DNA of 64,000 nt from Stegostoma tigrinum (Eukaryota), in NCBI RefSeq assembly GCF_030684315.1, contig NC_081359.1:16316184-16380183 (forward strand), in the 5' to 3' direction. The notes beneath the pieces are model-generated. The model worked only from the letters and a program-made list of their open reading frames with translations. It ran no database searches and had not been told where the DNA came from. The position numbers and the translations under genes are program-made. Shown piece after piece: positions 55,210 to 64,000 of this stretch (positions within the stretch are counted from its first letter, which is position 1; the number at the start of each line of letters is the position of its first letter).

Positions 55210-58200
55210 TTCAGCGGGCATTGCTGGTTTAGCCGGCGTTTACTGCCTGTCCCTAGTTGCCCTTGAGAAGGTCTTCTATAGTCTACTACTGTCCATGTGC
55301 TGTTGGCAGACCCCTAATGTCCCGAGGGAAGGAATTCCCAGTGACAGTGAAGGAACAGTGATATATTTCCAAGCCAAGATGGTGAATGGGGAAATTACAG
55401 GTGGTGGTGTTTTCATGTATCTGCTGCCCTTGTCCTCCAAGGTGGCAACAGCCATGGGTTCAGAAGTTGCTGTATAAGGAGCTTTGGTGAATTTCTGCAG
55501 TGGATCTTGTAGATAGTGTGCACTGCTGATACTGAACATCAGTGGTAGAGGAGGTGAATGGTTGTGCTGTGATACCATCCAAGAAGGTGCTTTGTCCTGG
55601 ATAATGCCATGCTTTTTGAGTGTTGTTGGAGCTGCACCCAATCGGCCTATAATTTTCCATGTTTTGCCTTGATCCTTTCTTAAGCAAGGGAGTTACAACA
55701 GCGATTTTCCAATCATCTGGGACTTTCCCTGACTCCAGTGACTTTTGAAAGATCACAACCAAAGCCTCTGCTATTTCCTCAGCCACCTCTCTCAGAACTT
55801 GAGGATGTAGCCCATCGGGGCCAGGAGATTTATCAATTTTTAGACCTTTTAGCGTTTCTAGCACTCTCTCTTTTGTAATGCCTACCATACTCAACTCTGC
55901 CCCCTGACTCTCCTTAATTGTTGGGATACTACTCGTGTCTTCCGCTGTGAAGACTGATGCAAAGTACTTATTAAGTTCTTCAGCTATTTCCTTATCTCCC
56001 ATCACTAGCCTTCCAGCATCAATTTGGAGAGGCCCAATGTCTATTTTGCCTCTTGTTTGTTTCTTATGTATTGAAAGAAACTTTTACTATCATATCATTT
56101 TACTGTCATGTGATAACATACATAGGACATAGATTTAAGGTGATTACCAAAAATGCTTGAGAGATGAGGAGAAATTTACTTTGGCTGTTAGTTGTTATGA
56201 TCCAGAGTTCACTGCCGGATAAATCCACAGAAGTACATCCAAGGAACTTTCAAAAACAGATTAGAAGACAGAAAGAGCAGCAGCAGTGAGAATACCTGGT
56301 TATCATTTTCAAACAGGCAACAGAGGCATGACGGGCTGAAAGGCCTCCGATTGGATGGATGAGCAGAATAGCCCATTCAGCCCATCGCGCCTATTCCACC
56401 ATTCACTAAGATCATGTCTAATATGATAACCCTCTATTCCACTTTTCTGCCTCTTTCCCCATAACTCTTAATTCAAACTCTGTCTATGCCTGCCTTGAAT
56501 ATGAAGTTATGGAGACAATGCTTAATGACCCAACCTCTGAAGTCCTCCGCAGTAAAGCATTTTACAGATTCACCACCCTCTGAAAGAAGAAATACCTTCA
56601 TATCTCTGTCTTGAATGGGCTACGTCTCATTCTGAGATGATGCCCCCGGACCTAGACTCTCCCTGCTACCTCCCTGCACCTACCCTGTCAAGTCTCCTCA
56701 GAGTCTTGTATGTTCAGCCAGTCATTCCTCATTCTTCTGAACTCCAGTGAGCACAGGGTCAACCAAATCAACCTCTCCTTATAGGACAGCCCTTCCATAC
56801 CCAGGATCAATATGGTGCAGCCTTCTCTGGACTGCCTTCAATGCCAGAATATCATTCCTTCAATAATGGGACCAAACTTGTTCACAGTATACCAGCTGTG
56901 GTCGGACGAATGCCTCGTATACTTGTAGCAAGACCTTTATTTTTATGCTCAATTCCATTTGAAATAAAAGTTGACATTCTATTTGCCTTCCCTATTACTG
57001 CTGAACTTGGATACCAGCTTTTTGTGATTTATACACAGGACTCCCAAATTCCTCTGTGTTGTAGCCTTCTGCTGTCTTTGTGCGTTTAACATAACATTCA
57101 GCTAAACTTTTCTTCCAGCCGAAGTCCATGTCCTCACATTTTCCCACATTATATAGGATTTACCAAGTTTTTGTTCACTTGCTTAATCTGTCTATACCCC
57201 TCTGCAAACTCTTTATGCCATCCTCAGCACCTGGCTTCCCACTTAGTCTTGTTGCATATGGATATGGACTGCTTCTGTATCTGAGGAGTCACAAATAGTT
57301 CTGAGCATTGTGCAGTCATCATTGAATATCCTCACTTCTGAGCTAATGTTGGGGGGAGGGTCATCATTGATGATGGTTGGGTACAGGAGACAAACCTGAT
57401 AAATTCCTGCTGAAATGATTGACCTTCAACAACTATGACCACTTTCCTTTGTGCTAGTTATGACTCCAACCAGCATAAAGTTTTCCCTGAACTTCCATTA
57501 ACTTCAATTTTATTTGGGCTCCTTGGTGTCACACTTAGTCAAATGTAGCCTTGTTACCAAGTTCAGTCACTCTCATTTTACCTCTTGCATTCAACTCTTT
57601 TATCTAAGTGTAAGGCTGTAATGATGCCAAGAGCTAAGTGACTTTGTGAAACATATTGAGCAGTTATTGCTGAGGAGTAGCTGCTTGATAACACCGTTAG
57701 TAACAACAGACTGACAGCGCAGTCTTTGGCTGAGTTGGATTTGTCCTGTTTCTTACAGGTTGTACCTGGGCAGTTTTCCACATTGTCAGGAAGATGCCAG
57801 TTTGTAGCTGTATTGGAACAGCTTTGCTAGAAACGTGGCAAGGTGCGGAGAACAAGTCTCAGTACTACTGCCAGAATGTTGTCGGGGTCCAGAGCTTTTG
57901 CAATGTAAAGCCTACATCATTAAAAATCATGAAGATTATGTCATTTGATATCATGTGGAGTAAATTACATGGCTGAAAATTGTGATGCTGTGGCTTTCTG
58001 GAGAAGTCGGGATGGATCATTGATTCAGCATTTCTGGCTGAAGATTGTTGCAGACGCTTTAGCCTTATCTTTTGCACTGATGTGCTGGGGTCCCGCATTT
58101 TTGAAGATGGGGATTTTTATGTTGTGGAGCCTCCTATTTTCGAGAGTTCTTTAATTGTCCTTCAGCATTCACAACAAAGTGTGGTAAGACTGCAGAGCTC

Positions 58201-58330
58201 TGTCTATCACTTGTTGCTCATGCTGTTTGACACAAAAAGTTGTCCAGTTTGACAGCTTCACCAGGTGGGCGCCTTATTTTTCAGTATGACTTATGCTGCC
58301 CCTGACACGCCCTCTTATACTCTTCATTGA
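55210..58330 (-). mobile_element. Cluster of L2-like and CR1 LINE fragments nested between IN and RT of the Gmr1-like element
   Basis: ORF 55460..56005 EIAEELNKYFASVFT..KSPGPDGLHPQVLRE..VPDDWKIAVVTPLLKKG..ENYRPI is CR1 ORF2, fused at about 55641 to L2-like sequence. Confidence 0.85.
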
Positions 58331-59335
58331 ACTTTCTTTGTTGCTGGAGTCAAGGTAATTGTATTCTTGCCAGTTTCTGGGGAACTATAAACAATAAGGT
58401 TTATTAGACCTGATTGAATTAAAAAAAAGAAACTCAATGATATAAATTATGTATTGAATACTTTTGACAGAAGTATGTCACATTAATATGTTAAAGAGAT
58501 ATTTTGACTTGCAGGATTGTGTATTTATGGCAGTGAAATTAAAATATCAGTCCAATTGGATAATGAATCAACAACTGAAAATTTAAAAGTTGATTTCCTA
58601 ATAATTTAGATTGATAATAATGAGGTACTTAAACAGTTAGATAATTTAATGGAAGATAAAGCATCTAAGTTACTTGTGGACGCTGTTACAGACTAATAAA
58701 TCAGTTTGTGTAAATAGGCCAGAAAAAGCATCTTTGGCTGATCATGATGTTAATGTGAAGGAAAGATTACTGGTAAATTAATATCCTTATAGACTAAGTT
58801 CTGCCAAATTAGCTGAAGTGACATTAGAGATTAATTTTATGATTGAATCTAATCCTAGTAGTAAGAGTTCGTCTATCACAGTTGACCTAAAATCAGATGA
58901 GTCACAAAGACTGCAAAGTTAACATTGTGGCCAGTCCCTATTCCAAGATTGGAAAGCTGTATTGAAAGAATTGGACACGCATGATTTGTCACCAATATCA
59001 GCCAACCAAAAGGCTAGTGGGAAGTCCTATTAAATGATGGAACCAGAGAAATATCAGCTTTAGTAATACCAGACAGACTTTATGAATACAAAGTCATACT
59101 TTTTGGCATGAAGAATGCACCAGCAATGTTCCAGTGATTAATCTATAAAGTTGTTTTAAAAGAAAGTAAAGGCATGACCTTAAGAATATTTAGAAATTGC
59201 AAAGGAGGCAACAGCCTTATATTAGCTCTGCATCAGTATAAAGCCTACACCATGAAAAATCATGGAGATTATGTCATTTGTACAGATCACAATCCTTTGA
59301 CTTTTTAAATAGAAAATTTGGGACAAGAAGTTAGA

Positions 59336-59364
59336 CCCTAACCCTAACCCTAACCCTAAACCTA
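59336..59364 (+). repeat. Short interstitial telomeric repeat (CCCTAA)4 plus a degenerate unit
   Basis: ccctaaccctaaccctaaccctaaaccta. Confidence 0.85.
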
Positions 59365-60052
59365 TCGCAGTTAGTGGAGTTTACTACTACAGCTATACAA
59401 TTTTAAAGTATTCATGTACCTGGAAAATACTGTACTCTGGCTGATGCTTTATTTAGAGTGCACATGAGCAAAAACAAACGCTGTGATCCAATTGTACCTA
59501 TGTGAGATATGGCTTCCAGGAAAGGTCTTGTGCATTCAGTCTCAATATGTTATTTCTATTAATCTAATATAGAAATTGTCTTTTGAAAAAGTAGTAACAG
59601 TGCCTGCTATGGAAACATTTACATCCTCCTCTGTAGAAGGTATAATGAGACATGTGTGATATGTATAAATATTAATAGTTTTTAGGCTTGGATTTTAAAA
59701 ATAGTGGCATATGAGATGGTTACTTTAGTGAAGTGTCTTGACAAAAATACAAGTTCATGCAGTCCTTCAGTAACACTGACTTAGTTTAATATGTGTTAGT
59801 GAGAAGGGTCCCTGAAATTTCAATGGAAGATTGTAAACCATCACAGCCAAAACAAACAGTGGGTGCCAGAATCATTGAAGGCCCTTTATCTGATTTGGTT
59901 CAGGGTAATTAAGGATTGATTTTATCGAGGAAAGCCCAAAGATTGAAAGCTTTGAGAGGAGTTTGGAAAAAAACTGACTGAGGTCAGAAGCAAATATAGT
60001 TTCTCTCCTAGAATGAAGTATGGAATGGTTCAGCAAAAAGCACTGCACTAGC

Positions 60053-61172
60053 TGTAGTGATTGGAATAAGGCTGGCCAGATGGACCTTGTTGAATATGAG
60101 ATCTCTTATTGGGGCTATTAACCTGGGCCAATCCGGGAGTCCTGCCTGACAGATATAAATTGAAGTCTCAGGGAATATCTGCATTCTAGGGACTGGCACT
60201 GAACTAGCTGGCCATAGCCCATGTACTGTGCTTGTGTAAATAAGGGGTGACGTGGTAACTGGATACCAGCCTCTATGCAGTTATTTCAGTGGGGACAAGA
60301 GAAAACAGTGCACTCCTAAAGAAAATTCACTTGCAACAATCATCATTGATTTGGTGTAAGCATTTCTGCCATCATGTGTTTAGTTGAGAAACTTGACTCA
60401 TTCAATCCTGCGGCTGAAGACTGTGCCCAGTATTTTCGGAGAAAATGACATTGGGGTAGAGGAAAAACAATGAGTAATTATTCTGACAGCATGGGGACCT
60501 GTAGGATTTTCAGTTATAAGGAGCCTATCCTTCTCAAAGACACCAGATAGTAAAACTTGTCAAGAATTGACTGTTTTAATTAAGAAATATCACAACGCCC
60601 AAACCTCCTGTAATTCTGAGACACTGTCAGTTTTATTCACCAGTCTGTAAACCAGGGGAATCTGTGTCAGGATTTTCGATGAGGAAAGGACTGGCAGAGA
60701 CACGTAATTTTGGGTTAACCCTGAATGAGATGCTGAGAGACCATTTGGGAAGTAGGATTATTGATGTAACCATGCAAAAGCACCTGAAGAAGAGAAGGAA
60801 TTTCTCCTGAGACACAAGATACAGGCTGCAGTCCAGTACATTGCTCCTGTGCCATAGTCAGATTCAGAAGAACTGGACCTGAGGGGAAAACCTCCCAGAA
60901 AATATTATAAGAAAAAGAATAGGTTTACATCCCAGGACTTAGTGAGGGAGGGGATGTAGTGATTGGAACAAGGTTTGCCAAGTGGATCCCTGACTGCGTC
61001 TGTTAACCTGGCCTATCAGGGAGTCTTGGCTGACCAATATAAACTGGAGTCTCAGAGAATCTCCTCATACTAGGAATTGACACGCATCTAACTGGTCAGA
61101 GTCCATGTACTATGCTCATATAAATACAGGGTGACTTGGTGATGGGATACTGACCTCTATGCAGTTATTTCA
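60053..61172 (+). mobile_element. Internally deleted Gypsy LTR element: LTR 60053-60288, gag remnant, PPT, LTR 60955-61172
   Basis: Both LTRs start tgtagtgattggaa and end cctctatgcagttatttca; PBS-like gtggggacaaga; purine tract gtgagggagggga; gag-like KLDSFNPAAEDCAQY. Confidence 0.88.
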
Positions 61173-62386
61173 CTCAAAGTTTAGTTTGTGTAACTTCCAA
61201 ACCAAGAGTGTTTGGTTAGAAATCTTCAGATTGTTAGAAGCTGTGAAAATCTCAGCTCTGTTCTGTAAGTATTCACTTAAGAAGAGTTTGCAGGAAAGAC
61301 TGGGGAGAATCAGTTAATTTGAAGTTAACAATTTGATGTAGACAGATAATTTATTCGGATCTGAGTTTCTAACTTATTATGTTGGAAAATCAGGATGAGA
61401 CTTTGTCGTGCTCTATGTTTCAAGATCTTTCAAACTGTGTTCTTTGTTTTTATTTTGATTTCATCTTTTGTGTAATAAACTTCTGTTCTGTTGTTAAAGA
61501 AACTCTTCAGCCTTGTGTGACTGCATTTCAGTGAATGATCACCATGCTTTCCAAAACAGAAAAACATGATCTCTCAGGCCAGAATTCATTATAGGATCTA
61601 CTTGATGGGATCATAAAAATGCATACACCAATCTAAGCTAATTTTACATTTCCTTTGTCAGATATAAGTAGTAATCTGTTTTTATAGCATCCTTAACATA
61701 CTCCAAGATGCTTTGCAAGGGGGATTATCCAACAAAATATAACACTGAAGCATATAAGATAATAGGAAAGGAGACTAAAGGCTTGGTCAAAAAGGAAAGC
61801 TTTAGAGGGCTTTCCTTTAAATAAAAGATGTTTTCTGGAGAGTGCAAAATCCAAGGTTTAAATTTAAGTAATCAATGATAAAACCATGAGGAAATTCGGA
61901 AGAAACCTCTTTATCCAGAGAATGCTGAGAATGTGTTATCCAGAGTGTGCTGACAAGGTAAAACCCACCACCACAGCAGCATCGAGGCTAATACTATGGA
62001 TGCATTTAAAGGAAGCTAGCTAAACATGAGAAAGATAGAAGGATATCTGGAAGCTATAAGGTGAACACTGGTGGGAGAAAACGTAAATGAAACAGAAACA
62101 CCAGCATAGATCAGGACAGCTGAATGGTCTGTCTTCAATCCTGTAAAATTCAATATAATACTATTTTTGTGTAGAATACTTGAACTTTATGCAAATTTCC
62201 TGTAGAAAAAATTGTTTTGTAAATTGAAAACACAACTGATTGTTCATATTGATACTTTTCCAGCTGTTGATTGCCATGAGATGCATCGGTTTTAAATGCT
62301 TTAAAAATTCAGAATTTTTTAAGCTGTATTTGTTTTTCCTGATACTGAGCCACAAAACGTTATCACATAAGGAAACTTCCTTCTGA

Positions 62387-62572
<186 letters not shown>

Positions 62573-62589
62573 TAAGTATTTTGTTCATT

Positions 62590-63207
62590 TGTCTTTATTG
62601 GTCACTGAGTGCATTGAGTACAGGAGTTGGGATGTCATGTTGCGGTTGTACAGGGCATTGATTAGGCCACTTTTGGAATGCTGCATTCAGTTCTGGTCCC
62701 ACCATTATAGGAAAGATGTTGTTAAACGTGAAAGGGTTCAGAAAGGATTTACAAGGATTGTGCCAGGGTTGGAAGTTTTGACCTACAGGAAGAGGCTGAA
62801 TAGGCTGGTGGCATTTTCGCTGGCATGTCACAGACTGAGGGGTGACCTTGTAGAGGTTTATAAAATCATGAGGGGCATTGGTAGGGCAAATAGCCAACAT
62901 TTTTCTTCCAGGGTAGAGGAGACCAAAACTAGAGGACATAGGTTGAAGGTGAGAGGGGAAAGATTTGAAAGGGAGCTCAGGAGCAAGTTTCTCTCGCAGG
63001 CGGTGTTGCATTTTTGGAATGAGTTACCTGAGGAAGTGGTGGAGGCTGGTACAATTATAACAGTTAAAAGGCATCTGGATGGGTACATGAATAGGAAGAG
63101 TTTAGAGGAATATGGGCCAAATAGGACTAAATTAATTAAGATATCTGTTCAGCATGGATGAGTTGGAGCAAAGGATCTATTTCTGTACTGTAAGATTCAA
63201 TGACTCT
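62590..63207 (+). mobile_element. CR1/HER1 LINE 3' fragment with an open 190-aa ORF2 C-terminus
   Basis: ORF 62589..63161 IEYRSWDVMLRLYRALIRPLLECCIQFWS..RLRGDLVEVYKIMRG..TRGHRLKVRGERF. Confidence 0.92.
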
Positions 63208-63407
63208 CTGTAAAGTTTATGGAGTTTTAAACTTACTCAAAAAGATGTTGACGAAGACAGGTAGGGATTGTGATGATTTTGACTTATTTTCCCAAAGCTT
63301 TACTATCGTAGAAACGAGATCAACTTCCATGCATTTTCTTTTCAGTGAGCCTAGTGAAAAAGGTGAACTAAAAAGTGGAAAGCTCACTGATTTTTAGCAA
63401 TGTCAGC

Positions 63408-63750
63408 CGAGGCTCAGTGGATTGCTGTTTCTCTCTGAATCAGTGGGTTCCAGTTTCCAATCCCACTTCCAGGACTTGGGCACAAGAGAATCAAAACTGA
63501 TATTCAAATGCAGTTCCAAAGGAGTGTTGGAGGCAGTGTCTTTTGAATGAGACATTAAAACCGAGTTCCATTTCCTAGTTTGAATGGATAGAATAGGTCC
63601 AAAGGCACTATTTCACAGCTGAACGGGGAAATCATCCTTGCTGCCCTGAGCTCATAACTCCTCCTCCATTAATAAAAACGGATGACCTGGTCACGACCTG
63701 TTCGTTCACGTATTGTTATGTGTGGCATGTTGCTGTGTGTATAATGGATA
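63408..63750 (+). mobile_element. Decayed Deu-domain SINE
   Basis: ggctcagtgg head; ggaggcagtgtcttttgaatgagacattaaaaccgag..ggcactatttc. Confidence 0.7.
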
Positions 63751-64000
63751 CTAAGAACAAAGAATAAAAAAAGGCACAGAAACAGGCCCTTTCAGCACTT
63801 CAAGCCTGCACCAATGCATTTTGCCCTTCCATCCATGTCTTCACTTATAGGATCTGTATCCCTCTATTCCCTTCCTGTTCATCTATTCGTCCAGGTACTA
63901 CTAGAATGCTGCTATTGTCTCCTCTATCAGCGCGTTCTAGGCACTCACCACCCTTTGTGTGTAAAACCTGCCTCACACATCTCTTTTAAACTCCCCCTTC
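63751..64000 (-). mobile_element. CR1 LINE 3' end (continues past the window)
   Basis: aagaacaaagaa tail; gcacagaaacaggcccttt; cactcaccaccctttgtgtgtaaaac. Confidence 0.8.

Larger units (their letters stand above)
51465..61616 (+). mobile_element. Decayed Gmr1-like Gypsy LTR retrotransposon (gag-PR-IN-RT-RH) with nested insertions
   Basis: gag DYETVTKAILNPYELTPEGYQLIFR (~52544-52660); PR-like TGASQLL (~53350); IN AGHSGIRKT and FSRVLTDCVGPLPKT (~54400-54612); RT PIPRLESCIE and ISALVIPDRLYEYKVILFGMKNAPAMFQ (~58936-59134); RH TDHNPLTF and VPGKYCTLADAL (~59280-59451); related LTR sequence at both ends. Confidence 0.85.

Noticed and set aside
55460-56005. 181-aa ORF, and the 190-aa ORF at 62589..63161, as host or nested genes
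   Set aside because: Both are CR1 ORF2 fragments with no independent gene structure.

Overview
Eukaryotic genomic DNA from a cartilaginous fish. The repeat complement (HE1-type V-SINE, HER1/CR1 LINEs, Deu-domain SINE) points to a shark; a carpet shark is my guess. The only host gene is NALCN (sodium leak channel) on the + strand. Eight consecutive GT-AG coding exons are present, equivalent to human exons 8-15 and covering the domain I pore to the end of domain II S6. The rest is intronic and dense with transposable elements: CR1 and L2-like LINE fragments, three SINE families, and a decayed Gmr1-like Gypsy LTR element (integrase before RT) carrying nested insertions. The most interesting signal is a set of short Penelope-derived insertions with 12-16 bp target-site duplications. 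Most fold into near-perfect hairpins, and the motif at or near the loop matches a minimal type-I hammerhead ribozyme core (CUGANGA-N-stem II-GAAA-CG-UH). At least four distinct sequence families carry this motif. They include one copy downstream of a GIY-YIG endonuclease fragment and one terminally redundant 319-nt retrozyme-like unit. Almost all ORFs in the track are repeat-derived or spurious. Repeat boundaries were read by eye and are approximate, and comparisons to human NALCN and repeat consensuses are from memory.
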